A stretch of DNA of 64,000 bases from Methanotrichaceae archaeon (GTDB lineage Archaea; Halobacteriota; Methanosarcinia; Methanotrichales; Methanotrichaceae). This document shows, piece after piece, positions 20,625-30,809 of the stretch. The first letter of the stretch is position 1. Every line of letters starts with the position of its first letter. A program made the position numbers and the translations under genes. The DNA lies in assembly GCA_963754945.1 (NCBI GenBank), contig CAVWIG010000013.1, positions 17,352-81,351 on the forward strand, in the 5' to 3' direction. The notes beneath the pieces are model-generated. The model did not search any database, had not been told where the DNA came from, and saw only the letters and a list, made by a program, of their open reading frames with translations.

Positions 20625-21100
20625 TTGATCATGGTTTCTTCCGGGAGTCCTCGTGGAGGCAATAGTTAGTGATCAACTTTTGAGAGCTGATCAGCGCGAC
20701 TAAAGGAAAGGTGAATCTCCTCTACTATGGAGCCTTGAACTCAAGATCGACTCGGAACTATAATCGATCGACTTGATGTAGGGTTACCAAACGTCACCTC
20801 ATTCAAGAATTGCAGATGCCAATCATGCGACGACGGTCGCAAGAACCTTCTTTGCTGACTAGACTCGCAGTTTTGTTAAAAGCTACAAGGACTATACTGC
20901 AACGGAGAGCGAGAAGTTTCTTGGAAGTCGTATCGTATAGTTAGGGTAACGTCCACGGCAAAAAGCGTTTCTGAGAGTTGTAGGAACGCCACATAAGAGG
21001 CCAAGGCTTGTGTGGCCGTTCGCGAGACAGTCGAGATCCGTCTTGTGGAGTCCTTTGAGGTACGTTATGGCCTAATGCTTCGAATGGCAACATAGGATTT
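20625..21100 (+). ncRNA. Candidate large structured RNA D (about 470 nt)
   Basis: Consecutive hairpins with G-U pairs: tgatcaactt/gagctgatca, gcgtttctg/taggaacgc, ccacataag/cttgtgtgg, ttcgcgagac/gtcttgtgga. Confidence 0.5.
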
Positions 21101-21104
21101 ATTT

Positions 21105-21212
21105 ATTTTCCAAATACAACAAGAGACGATCAGTGATCTATAGTAATCATTTTCAAAAAGCTGATATCATCGACCACAACACTCCTTTTATGGGAGAGAC
21201 CTAAATCCATCC
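21105..21212. repeat. About 110-bp diverged repeat, copy 1 (copy 2 at about 24431-24538)
   Basis: attttcca.atacaacaag...atctatagtaatca.tttcaaaaagctgatatcat...aaatccatcct is present at both sites. Confidence 0.85.
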
Positions 21213-21447
21213 TAGTCAGCTGCATATCTCTACCTTCCGCGATTCATTCGTGAGCGATATCGATTTAGGCAGTCCTCTTGACCTGTTGCAACCATGTTCC
21301 TATTGTATCTCTGGTGCAGTCTCATCCACACCTCATGAGCGCGAATAGCTCTCGTACTCTCGCCACAGTCTCGCGATCTGGTATCTCTTGGCTCGTAGCT
21401 TCCTGGCTTTCGTAGAGGACTTTGCTTAACCAAGACGGACTGATAAC

Positions 21448-24066
21448 TCAATGTTCCCATAGGATATGACTCTCTTCTAAAGGTACGAGGGCATCCGGGT
21501 GATAGGGAACTATTCGAGGCGTGTAATGATCCGCAGGGCGCGCTGCAAGCAACCGAGCCCTATATAGATAGCCATTGATCACTCCTGGTATGGGGGCCTC
21601 TTTGGTCATGGCCACTTTCATCGGTCCTTTATCATCCATTGAATCAGCGTAGAGTTCCACCTTAACCATGCCTGGATCGATTTCACCGAAGTAGACCTGA
21701 ACCTCAAACTTCCAGTTCTCACCGTCTCTGGAAACACTTGTGCCCAAGAATCGCATGCTACTCCAGTTTTCAGCTATTCTTTTGGCCCAAACGTCCAGTT
21801 CTTTGGCCAGCCTGCAACCATCTGCTTCTCGGCTCCTGAAGGTCTTGGATGCAGTCAAGTAAATCTTCTCAACATACTCGCGCATCATGCGATCGCTGCT
21901 GAACTTTGGTGTAAGCTTTGACATACTGGCTCTGATACGAGCAATCCAGGCACTGGGATATCCTTCACTGTCGCGGGTATAAAACTCAGGAACTACTTGT
22001 TCTTCCAGAAGTCTGTAGAGCTGCTCTGCGTCGCTTTCATCCTGTTGAGGACCCAGGTAATCACGGCCATCTCCTAAGCTCCAGCCCACTTCAGGACCAT
22101 AGGCCTCTGCCCACCAGCCATCAAGGACAGAAAGGTTCAGCCCGCCATTTGCTAAGATCTTCATCCCACTGGTTCCTGACGCCTCCATTGGACGACATGG
22201 AACATTGATCAACAGGTCAACTCCGGACAAGAGCTTCTGAGCTAGGGCTATATCGTAATCCTCCAGGAAGACCACTCTATCGAAGAGATCCGGCCGGGAG
22301 GCAAACTGAGCCATTTCCTTGACCATTCTCTTGCCTTCATCATCTCTGGGATGAGCTTTCCCTGCCACTATGAATTGAACTGGACGTTTTGGGTCCTTCA
22401 GGATCCGGGCAAACCTGTCGGCATCACGAAGCAGAAGAGTAGGCCTCTTGTAAGATGCAAACCTCCGGGCGAATCCTATGGTCAGGGCATTAGAGTCGAG
22501 AACGTGATTGGCCTTCTGGATCTTTTCGGCATCAGCTCCATGCTCCTGAAGTTGGCGGATCAATCTGCGCCTGATATAATCTACCAGGCTCTTGCGTTCT
22601 TCAGCCCGGAAGCTCCAAAGCGCTTCATCGCTTAATCTTGATATCTCCAGAACTTTCTCAACATCGGTCAGATCTTTATGCTCATAACCGCATGCACGAC
22701 TCCATATTTTCTTTGTCACAGGAGATTCCCAGGATGAAACATGCACTCCATTGGTGATGTGCTCAACAGGGACCTCGGCTTGAGGCCATCGAGGGAAGAG
22801 TGGCTGGAAGATCCGTCGGCTCACTTCTCCGTGAAGGCGGCTTACACCGTTGACGTGGGAACATCCTCGCATGGCCAAAAGAGCCATGACATATGGGCTG
22901 TTCTCGTCTTCGGGGTCTACCCTACCTAAATTTACCAGTTCTTTCGCAGTGATTCCAACCGATTCCGCAGTCCATCGTGCATATCGATCGATTAGAGATT
23001 TATCAAAGCTATCAAAGCCGGAACCAACGGAAGTATGAGTAGAGAAAACATTGCCGACCCTGGTTGCCCAAAGGGCCACGGAGAAGGGAACGTTGTGTTT
23101 CACCATGAAGCTATAAGCTCTGGCCAACACCAGAAATGAGGCATGTCCCTCATTGATATGGCATACATCAACCTCTATGCCCATAGCCTGTAGGGCTAAC
23201 CATCCTCCCGCACCTAGGACTATCTCCTGGATTAGCCGTCGTTCCTCTCCAGGATCGTAGAGATTAGCAGTGATAGCCCTATCCCAAAGGCTGTTCAATG
23301 GGTCGTTAGAATCAAGGAGGTAAAGGTCAACTCTTCCAACCTGAGCTTTCCAGACCCTGAGGTATAGATCCCTTTCTGGAAGCAGAAGCTTGACCCTCAG
23401 ACGGCTGCCATCATTCTTGAGCACAGGAACCACGGGCAGCGTTAAAGGATCGTTAAAAGGGAAGGCATCTATCTGTGAACCATCATCGGCCAGAACCTGA
23501 TGGAAATAGCTTTGTTGATATAACAGCCCCATTCCTGTCAGTGGGACTCCTAAGTCACTAGCAGTCTTGAGGTGGTCTCCGGCAAGTATTCCCAGGCCCC
23601 CGGAATAGATTGGTAGCGCCTCGCTTAATCCGAACTCCATGCTGAAATAAGCTATCTTCCCCATCTGGAAACAGTAGCCATGCCGATCGAACCAGCACAT
23701 CTCCTCTTGGCTTTTTTTTCTGCTTTCCGTCCATAACTGAAGTTCCTTCTTGAACTCTTCATCTTGAGAGATTTCTTCCAACCGCTCCTCTGAAATATTC
23801 TTCAGGATCATGTAGGGATTATTGGTTTGCTCCCAGGCCTCAGGATCCAACCGCCTCCAGATCAAATCTGCGGCGCAACGCTCATTCAAGCGAAGGTCTA
23901 AAGCAAGTTCGTATAGTACCTCAAGACCCTCTGGAAGGGAACGTTGAAATGAAGAGTTCATACAAATACCCTCATTATTCAAAATCCCATTAATGAGATG
24001 CTTCAGCCCAATGGTATATCTTACATCCAGGCAGAACTCTCTTGGCCACAAATCCTTCTCGTTCAA
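21448..24066 (-). CDS. glgP: Alpha-glucan (glycogen/starch) phosphorylase
   Basis: AYFSMEFGL, YSGGLGILAGD, ARRFASYKR, AGKAHP, and EASGTSGMK (PLP lysine). Start uncertain. Confidence 0.95.
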   Translation of the reverse strand: MNEKDLWPREFCLDVRYTIGLKHLINGILNNEGICMNSSFQRSLPEGLEVLYELALDLRLNERCAADLIWRRLDPEAWEQTNNPYMILKNISEERLEEISQDEEFKKELQLWTESRKKSQEEMCWFDRHGYCFQMGKIAYFSMEFGLSEALPIYSGGLGILAGDHLKTASDLGVPLTGMGLLYQQSYFHQVLADDGSQIDAFPFNDPLTLPVVPVLKNDGSRLRVKLLLPERDLYLRVWKAQVGRVDLYLLDSNDPLNSLWDRAITANLYDPGEERRLIQEIVLGAGGWLALQAMGIEVDVCHINEGHASFLVLARAYSFMVKHNVPFSVALWATRVGNVFSTHTSVGSGFDSFDKSLIDRYARWTAESVGITAKELVNLGRVDPEDENSPYVMALLAMRGCSHVNGVSRLHGEVSRRIFQPLFPRWPQAEVPVEHITNGVHVSSWESPVTKKIWSRACGYEHKDLTDVEKVLEISRLSDEALWSFRAEERKSLVDYIRRRLIRQLQEHGADAEKIQKANHVLDSNALTIGFARRFASYKRPTLLLRDADRFARILKDPKRPVQFIVAGKAHPRDDEGKRMVKEMAQFASRPDLFDRVVFLEDYDIALAQKLLSGVDLLINVPCRPMEASGTSGMKILANGGLNLSVLDGWWAEAYGPEVGWSLGDGRDYLGPQQDESDAEQLYRLLEEQVVPEFYTRDSEGYPSAWIARIRASMSKLTPKFSSDRMMREYVEKIYLTASKTFRSREADGCRLAKELDVWAKRIAENWSSMRFLGTSVSRDGENWKFEVQVYFGEIDPGMVKVELYADSMDDKGPMKVAMTKEAPIPGVINGYLYRARLLAARPADHYTPRIVPYHPDALVPLEESHILWEH

Positions 24067-24084
24067 CCATTCTCATCGGTCACC

Positions 24085-24430
24085 ACCGAATCAGTCCTCA
24101 CGTCTGAGGCTGGAAAGTGAACTTGGGGTTTACTGCTCTTCTAGGCCCAAGGCATGCCTTTATCTCCGTCATTTTGATCCGTCCGGAATTCCAGGGTGTC
24201 TGACTCTTCTGCTCTAAGATAAGCCTTTGAATAAGCTTCGCCGTAGCTTTCGGCTTTCTTCGGATCAGAATTATTCGGTCGGCATTTCTGGTCAGATCCT
24301 CCCGTGAATGGAACTCCCAAGCGAGAGGGACACCACATAAGAGGCTCACAAGATAGTTGAGATCCCTCTTTTGGGATCCGGTTGAGGAAGCTATGGCCCA
24401 AAGATGTATCCGTGGCAACTAGATATATCC
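24085..24430 (+). ncRNA. Candidate structured RNA E; 3' part homologous to D
   Basis: cctca/tgagg, cttggggttta/taggcccaag, tctgac/gtcaga and gatccc/gggatc. Shares ccacataagaggc, agtYgagatcc, tatggcc and tggcaac with D. Confidence 0.4.
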
Positions 24431-24538
24431 ATTTTCCATATACAACAAGGGATGATCAATAATCTATAGTAATCAGTTTCAAAAAGCTGATATCATGAGC
24501 CAACCACTACTTTTTGGGGGAAAGCCCAAATCCATCCT
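24431..24538. repeat. About 110-bp diverged repeat, copy 2
   Basis: Matches 21105-21212. Confidence 0.85.
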
Positions 24539-24702
24539 CAAAGTAGTTTGCTGAACAGCTTTCCCATAAAAGTAATTTCTTCATGATGGGTGCATATGAC
24601 ATGTTAATGAGGCTTTGGGCAGATTGAAATTAATCCTGACTCCTCGTTCTCGAATGATATTATATAAATATACGCGAATAAACATAATTGGATGAGTAAA
24701 AG

Positions 24703-25782
24703 ATGCGCTCATATTTATTATCAGATGTTGTATTATGCGCAATTGTTATAACCTCACTTACCATTGGTGTTCTTATCGGATCATTTGCAGGCCACACGAA
24801 TAAATTGGGACCCGAAAATGATAGCCTCGTAACTTCTTCCGGAGGAGCCTTATCGAATATCGAAGAAAAAAATAACAGCCTTGCTATTGGGAAGAGCAAG
24901 AATTCCATTAAAAATATGACAATCATACCCCCTAGAATTCCAAAAGTCCCTATAAATATATTTGATCAAAATGATTTTAAACACATTTTTTCTGTAGACA
25001 CATATTATAAAAAAAGTAAATATGCATTCAAGGAATATTATTGGACTGATATAACCGAAATACTTGGAGGCGGGTTCTTTAATGCTTCGAAAGAATCCGA
25101 TTGCGGCGAAAAGGCTGCATTTGCAGAATGGCTTCTAAGAAGGCATGGCATCAATGCGTCTATAGTTGCTGCTGATAAATTCCCGGGCATGAACTGTTCT
25201 CACGCCTGGGTAAAGGTAAAGACCCCCCTAAATGAAACTATATTCATAGATTTAAGTCAGAGCCAGGCTAATGGGAACGATACAGGATATATAAAAATAG
25301 GCGACGATTATAAGCATTTTGACAGGGAATTCAAAGATGTGTTTGAGGCAGAAAGCAGTTATAGCGACTCGTGCAGTAGCTGCGAACATCATTTCGGGTG
25401 GTGGGAGACAGATTGGGGAAAGTTGAAGCTGAAGAGTTTAGGGCTTTATGATAATGAAACCATTACAGTTGCAGGATCTGCAGCAATCTTTCCCATCGCG
25501 GATGCAGAAGCCAAGGCATTCAATTCTCAACGCAACGGTTGCAGGGTGAATCTTAATGGTGGTAGCAATAGCGAATGTATAGCTGCCATCGCTGAGAACA
25601 TATCAGACATAGCATTGACCTCCAGAGAAGTTACGAAGGATGAGAAAAAAGAATACGGCGACAATTTCAAGCAATTTAATATTGGGTTAGAAGGACGAAT
25701 CGTCGTTGTGAGCAAGTCTATCTACCAGGCCGGGATCAAGGAACTGACAAGGGAGCAGTTAAGAAATATCGTATGTGTTTAG
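24703..25782 (+). pseudogene. Secreted/anchored transglutaminase-like domain fused to a PstS-like domain, truncated by IS66
   Basis: DCGEKA..SHAWV..FID (Cys-His-Asp), then ITVAGS..FPIA...DIALTSREVT (PstS-like). The IS66 IR starts at 25771. Confidence 0.75.
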
Positions 25783-27194
25783 CTCCCACGTGAATTAATC
25801 CAAAATTGCCTAACCCATTTTGACCAGAAAAATTAAATAATATAATGATAATAATCCTCAAATGGGATTATGGACGAAGGAGAGATCAATAAGCAACTTC
25901 GGGAACAGAATGAGCTTTTAAAGCGTGAGAATGAGTTGCTTAAGGCAAAAATACGAGAACTTGAGGCTCGACTAGTTCAATATGAGAATGCACATACTCC
26001 ACCAAGTCTAAGACGAGGGCGGAATCAAAGAATAAGTCAGGATAAGAACCTCAAGGGAAATCCCGGTCAAAAGAGTGGGCACAAAGGTTTAGCGAGACCT
26101 TATGCGACTCCAGATAAGCAAGTGGAAGTTACAATGGATCTGTGCCCAGATTGCGGAGCAGAACTTGGCCTTCCTTTTCGAATTGATTCGAAGATTATTG
26201 AAGAAATTCCGGAACCTCAACCTATCACCGTCACTGAATACAAAATCGCGCATTACAGATGTCCCTGCTGCCAAAAAGAAGTTGTTGCAGGCAATTCTGA
26301 CTGCCCACACGAAGGTAAATTTGGTAAAAACATAATCTCACTGGCGACACTATTCAGATACGAAGATAGACTGCCTCACAGAAAAATCCGAGACGCTCTG
26401 AAGAGACTGTATGGGCTGAAAATAAGTCCTGCTACGATACTTGATTTAACCCGGCGCGCTGCTGATGCCGTTAGATCTGAATACGATGCGATTTTAAACA
26501 AAATTCGAGATGCTCCGATTCTCTACGTAGACGAAACGTCAATCCACGTCCAGGGAGAAAAACACTGGATCTGGACATTTACCACACAATCTGAGACATT
26601 TTTCGTGATTCGAAAGAGCCGAGGCATGAAGGTTCTGACGGAAGTTCTGACACGGAGATTCAAGGGAATAATCGTATGCGATGGGTGGAAACCTTATGCT
26701 AAATTCACAAATCGCTTGCAACGATGTTGGGCCCATCTACTTCGAGAATCGAAAGACCTTGCCGAGAAGTTCGAGGAAGCGATTCCGTTGCATGAAGCGC
26801 TAAAAACGCTTTATGAATCATTGACTAAAGCTCTGGAAAGTGATCCTCCACCAGAAATCCGAGCGGATTTATGGCATTCGGCACGAGAAGCGCTAAAGCA
26901 ATGGATCATGAAAGAGTATCCTCTAGAAATAATCCAAAAATTCATCGGTAAAATTAGCAACGGATTCAATTACTGGTTCACGTTTATCATTAATCCGGGC
27001 GTAGAGCCGACCAATAATAGAGCAGAGAGAGCGTTGCGACCCCATGTCGTTTTGAGAAAGATCTTGGGCACGCTGCGCAATGAAAAAGGGACATCGATTC
27101 ACGAGCGAATCATGACGGTGCTGGCAACCTGGGGACAGAAAGATCTGGATTGTCTCCAAATGCTAACGGCAAAGCTAACCAGCTAAACACATAC
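25771..27194 (+). mobile_element. IS66-family element, full length
   Basis: IRs gtatgtgtttagct / agctaaacacatac. The two flanks do not match each other (rearranged). Confidence 0.93.
25870..27186 (+). CDS. IS66-family transposase
   Basis: Coiled coil, CPDCG/CPCC zinc finger, VDETS, QRCWAH, PTNNRAER. Confidence 0.95.
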   Translation: MDEGEINKQLREQNELLKRENELLKAKIRELEARLVQYENAHTPPSLRRGRNQRISQDKNLKGNPGQKSGHKGLARPYATPDKQVEVTMDLCPDCGAELGLPFRIDSKIIEEIPEPQPITVTEYKIAHYRCPCCQKEVVAGNSDCPHEGKFGKNIISLATLFRYEDRLPHRKIRDALKRLYGLKISPATILDLTRRAADAVRSEYDAILNKIRDAPILYVDETSIHVQGEKHWIWTFTTQSETFFVIRKSRGMKVLTEVLTRRFKGIIVCDGWKPYAKFTNRLQRCWAHLLRESKDLAEKFEEAIPLHEALKTLYESLTKALESDPPPEIRADLWHSAREALKQWIMKEYPLEIIQKFIGKISNGFNYWFTFIINPGVEPTNNRAERALRPHVVLRKILGTLRNEKGTSIHERIMTVLATWGQKDLDCLQMLTAKLTS

Positions 27195-27393
27195 TATTTT
27201 TGTATATCAATGGTTCCAAAAATCTGAAACGCTCCCAATTGATCAACGATCCGATCTCGGATAGATCATCTCCGAGGGCTTTTACTCGAGCATATTCTGC
27301 TCGAATGGCAAAATCAATGAGAGTCCTCATGCATTATATTATAGTATTAATAGTATATAAGTATTTCGATTGATTAGTTTTTCGAAACTCTCC
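27195..27393 (-). mobile_element. Left half of a split IS5 element (IR plus transposase N-terminus)
   Basis: IR ggagagtttcga at 27393. ATG at 27330 gives MRTLIDFAIRAEYARVKALGDDLSEIGSLINWERFRFLEPLIYKN, ending in the TSD caaaaata. Confidence 0.88.
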
Positions 27394-27461
27394 TATGTCA
27401 GACAATTAGTTTATTTAGAAAAAGATTGTAATTATAAGTAGCTGCAGGAGTTAGGAGGCAC

Positions 27462-28421
27462 ATGCTTAGGGAACATAGGGTCAATACGCTAAATCGCGGA
27501 GATGTCTTCAGGGATTGGTTGGTCAACCTTCTTGGAGAGAGGATTTGCAACAAGAACTGCCGCGTAGTAGTCTACAAAATAGGGCCGGCATCTCACACGG
27601 TTTGCAGATACGAGTTTGAGGATGAGAACTATAGCGTAATTGGCAAGTTCTATGCCGAACCTACAGGTTGGAAGAAGAATTACAATCCAGAGAAGTCGAT
27701 GAAAAGGGAGTTCAAGAACCTGCAAGTGGTTGAGAAGATCATAGACGTTTCTAAGCCTCTAGCAGCTAAAAAGCAGTTTGGCTGTGTGCTGGTCACGGAA
27801 TATATTCATGCCAGACCCCTTTATGCGTACATGAAAAGCGAGATTGAACTGTACGATAGATTAACTGCCGTAGCCCGTTTACTGAGAAGGCTTCATGACA
27901 GTACTCAGTCGCATTATCATAAAGAGGGAGATTTCTACAAATTCCATCAAACCCTGGACCAGCTACATTTGAATGAGGAACTCAGAGAGACCTTTAATCA
28001 ACTACTTGGGGACTGGTGGTATAGCACACTATTAGACCGGTCAACTGGCTGTATGATCCACCATGATGCCAATCCTGTAAATTATGTGTTTAATGGCGAG
28101 AAGGTTTATGCCCTGGATTTCGAGAGCGCCAGGCTATATGCCAACCCAGTCCACGACCTGGGGGTAATGGCAGCTGAACTCAAGCATTATTTCGCCTTAC
28201 ATAAAAAAGATGGAAACAGGGCTGAACCCTACATTGGCCACTTCCTCTGGCAGTACAGCCGAGATCTCTCGGAGTTTAAAAGGATCACTACGACCCTGCC
28301 CTTCTTCATGAGTCTAGGTCTCCTCAGGATGGACAGACTAAAAATAGATCCTGACTATGGAGCTTTTGTCTTCAGAGAAGCTTTAGCATGTCTGAGGTCT
28401 CTTGAGCTTCAGAGAGGCTAA
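27462..28421 (+). CDS. APH/choline-kinase-like phosphotransferase (paralog of 17179-18147)
   Basis: MIHHDANPVN and LDFE; colinear similarity throughout. Confidence 0.87.
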   Translation: MLREHRVNTLNRGDVFRDWLVNLLGERICNKNCRVVVYKIGPASHTVCRYEFEDENYSVIGKFYAEPTGWKKNYNPEKSMKREFKNLQVVEKIIDVSKPLAAKKQFGCVLVTEYIHARPLYAYMKSEIELYDRLTAVARLLRRLHDSTQSHYHKEGDFYKFHQTLDQLHLNEELRETFNQLLGDWWYSTLLDRSTGCMIHHDANPVNYVFNGEKVYALDFESARLYANPVHDLGVMAAELKHYFALHKKDGNRAEPYIGHFLWQYSRDLSEFKRITTTLPFFMSLGLLRMDRLKIDPDYGAFVFREALACLRSLELQRG

Positions 28422-28499
28422 GACCTGTTTACGGGGCTGCAAGGTAGCTTATTGTTCTATCTCATAACTTATCTAAATTTAGATTCAGGGGACAATGCG

Positions 28500-28690
28500 C
28501 ATCGTGATGCTGGCCAAGAAAGCTCGGATTAAATTAGGCATGGGATGACCCGAACAAACTCCTCATATCGGCTGATAATTATGATACAAGAGGCAAGCCG
28601 AGAGAGCTTCCCTTGTGAGTGATGCCGAGATGATGCTTGCCTCTATTTGGAGATGATGGAGGTCTCCAGACAATAAATGATCGATGGATT
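28500..28690 (+). ncRNA. Candidate structured element F
   Basis: gaggcaagc/gcttgcctc and tttggagat/gtctccaga. Confidence 0.3.
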
Positions 28691-29109
28691 ATATTCATGT
28701 TGCGCAAATATACTATATTATTGGGTTTAGGGCCAATAGAATATTGTCTCGAGGGATGAGGATGAAGTTGAAATAGTAATAACTCTTGTTATATTAATGA
28801 GGTGAGACAATAGACGAGACAGATTTCTATATCTGTATCGCCCCTGTGACCACTTTTTTCCTTCAAGATGATCCGCCTGATTTATTCTCACCGCTGTTTT
28901 TCGGTTCTAGCGGGCTTGATGGCCGTGACATTCACTGTGGCGACCAAAATGCAACTCATTCTTTTTTTTGTACATCAATTGCCTTAGCTGCTGCAAATCC
29001 TGCGCCAGATACAGTAGGAACATGTAGCAAACCGGCATAATACCATGAAAAAAAGAATGGATCAGGTAATAGCTCTAGGTGGACAGAACCAAGAGGACTT
29101 ATACATTAT

Positions 29110-29229
29110 TCACGATAGTGATGCATATTATCGAGCTAGCTTTGGACTCTATTCTTTGTCGGCCAAGTTCTTAGGGAGGGAGATTATGAAGGTAGACTTT
29201 GCCGGTCCCCTGTACTTTTCTGTGTCCAT
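29110..29229 (-). pseudogene. Remnant of an archaeal AbrB-PhoU phosphate uptake regulator (N-terminus only)
   Basis: With two frameshifts it reads MDT-RKVQGTGK-STFIISLPK, the AbrB-like start of this family. Directly downstream of phoU; stops follow. Confidence 0.65.
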
Positions 29230-29235
29230 GATCAT

Positions 29236-29901
29236 CTAATTCAGATGCTCTCTCTTTGCTTCTACTATGTATATAATGGCCTCACAAATGTTGCATATGT
29301 GATCTCCAATCCGCTCAATTTGCCTGTTGACCATCAGGAGAGGTGTGGCTTCATTAATGAATTTCGGATTTTCGATTAAGGTCTTAAGCAGCTCGTCTCT
29401 GGCCTTAACGTGCATCTCATCTATTTCATAGTCCCACTTGGTCGTCTCTCTAGCCATATCCGCATCGTCATTTCTGAGGGCTTCAATCGCCGAATCCAGC
29501 ATCTTTCTAGCGATATCTGCCATACGAGGTATGTACTTCAGATTGTTCATACGGGCCATGTCCCTGAGCTGAATTGTAGCTCTGGCCACATCCACCGCCA
29601 GATCCCCAATCCTTTCGAGGTCTATCCCGATCTTCAGTATGCCAACTATCATCCTAAGATCCTTTGCCATGGGCTGTTGAAGGGCGAGAAGCTCCGTGCA
29701 CATCATCTCGATCTTCTGGTTAAGCTCGTCAACCAACTGATCCCCTTGAATCACTTCTATGGCCAGATCCAAGTTCGACTCTTCCAAGGACCTTATCGAT
29801 TGCTCTATTGCAGCGCTGACCTGATCAGCCAGACTCTCCGTTAAGATCTTCAGATCATCAAGCTGCCTATGATACTTCTCTCTGTGCGGACTAATCTCCA
29901 C
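29236..29901 (-). CDS. phoU: Phosphate signalling protein PhoU
   Basis: QQPMAKDLR, DLERIGD, ERIGDHICNI. Confidence 0.95.
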   Translation of the reverse strand: MEISPHREKYHRQLDDLKILTESLADQVSAAIEQSIRSLEESNLDLAIEVIQGDQLVDELNQKIEMMCTELLALQQPMAKDLRMIVGILKIGIDLERIGDLAVDVARATIQLRDMARMNNLKYIPRMADIARKMLDSAIEALRNDDADMARETTKWDYEIDEMHVKARDELLKTLIENPKFINEATPLLMVNRQIERIGDHICNICEAIIYIVEAKREHLN

Positions 29902-29935
29902 CCTCCCCTTCGTTAACTAATGAAATTCGATATTC

Positions 29936-30682
29936 TCAACCGAATCTTCCCGTTATGTAATCTTCAGTGCTCTTCTCTTTTGGCGCCTCAAACAGGCGCT
30001 TAGTCTCCCCTACCTCAATCAGTTCGCCGAGGAGAAAATAGGCCGTGTAATCGGAGATCCTCGCCGCCTGCTGCATATTGTGGGTCACAATGATCTGGGT
30101 GTACTTCTTTTTGAGCTTATCCATCAGGCTCTCAATTTTGCTTGTAGAGATAGGATCAAGGGCGCTGCAAGGTTCATCAAAGAGTATCACATCCGGCCTC
30201 ATAGCCAGGGTTCGAGCTATACACAGCCTCTGCTGCTGGCCTCCGGATAGTCCCAATGCAGGCATATCCATTCTATCGCTCACTTCATCCCATAGGGCAG
30301 CATCCTTCAGGCTTCTTTCCACTATCTTAGCGATGTCTTTTGCACCGTGGATTCTGGGTCCATAAGCAATGTTATCGAATATGGACATAGGAAATGGGTT
30401 GGGCTTCTGAAAAACCATTCCTATTCTCTTTCGGATCTCCACAACATCAACATCTTTGCTATAGATGTTCGTGCCTTCGTACAGCACATCTCCTTCGATT
30501 CTTACATTACCAATCAGATCGTTCATCCTGTTTAGGCATCGTATGTAAGTCGACTTGCCGCAGCCGGATGGCCCGATCAGTGCTGTGATCTTGTTCTCAA
30601 GGACGCCCAGGTTTATATTTTTCAAGGCTTGCTTCTCGCCGTACCAGAGGTTTAGGTTCTTGGATTCAATCTTGAAGCTCAA
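29936..30682 (-). CDS. pstB: Phosphate ABC transporter ATPase PstB
   Basis: [32 protein letters not shown]. Start placed at the TTG behind AGGAGA (the ORF track extends to 30745). Confidence 0.95.
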   Translation of the reverse strand: MSFKIESKNLNLWYGEKQALKNINLGVLENKITALIGPSGCGKSTYIRCLNRMNDLIGNVRIEGDVLYEGTNIYSKDVDVVEIRKRIGMVFQKPNPFPMSIFDNIAYGPRIHGAKDIAKIVERSLKDAALWDEVSDRMDMPALGLSGGQQQRLCIARTLAMRPDVILFDEPCSALDPISTSKIESLMDKLKKKYTQIIVTHNMQQAARISDYTAYFLLGELIEVGETKRLFEAPKEKSTEDYITGRFG

Positions 30683-30778
30683 TGCTGATCTCCTTCCTAA
30701 CAATAACCTATAACAATTCCTTGACCAATCCGGTACTATTCGCATGTGGCCTTGATTCCCGAATCCATTTAGAATCTT

Positions 30779-30796
30779 CCTATATAGTCTATATAC
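30779..30796 (-). promoter_or_regulatory. Candidate phosphate-regulatory direct repeat upstream of pstB
   Basis: cctatatag-tctatatac, at similar spacing to a TATA-like box as at pstC. Confidence 0.35.
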
Positions 30797-30809
30797 AATC
30801 CTTGAAACA

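Noticed and set aside
18751-20628. Short paralogous ORFs 18751-18933 and 20368-20628 (LLEGPP..PEMLTVN.EYIDCPNRI)
   Set aside because: They lie in the repeated unit with differing starts, no clear RBS and indels nearby. Conservation is better explained by base pairing, though a small peptide cannot be fully excluded.
20625-21100. Group II intron, RNase P, SRP RNA or hammerhead ribozyme identity for the structured elements
   Set aside because: No domain V consensus, RNase P P4 motif, SRP helix 8 or CUGANGA/GAAA core was recognisable by eye.
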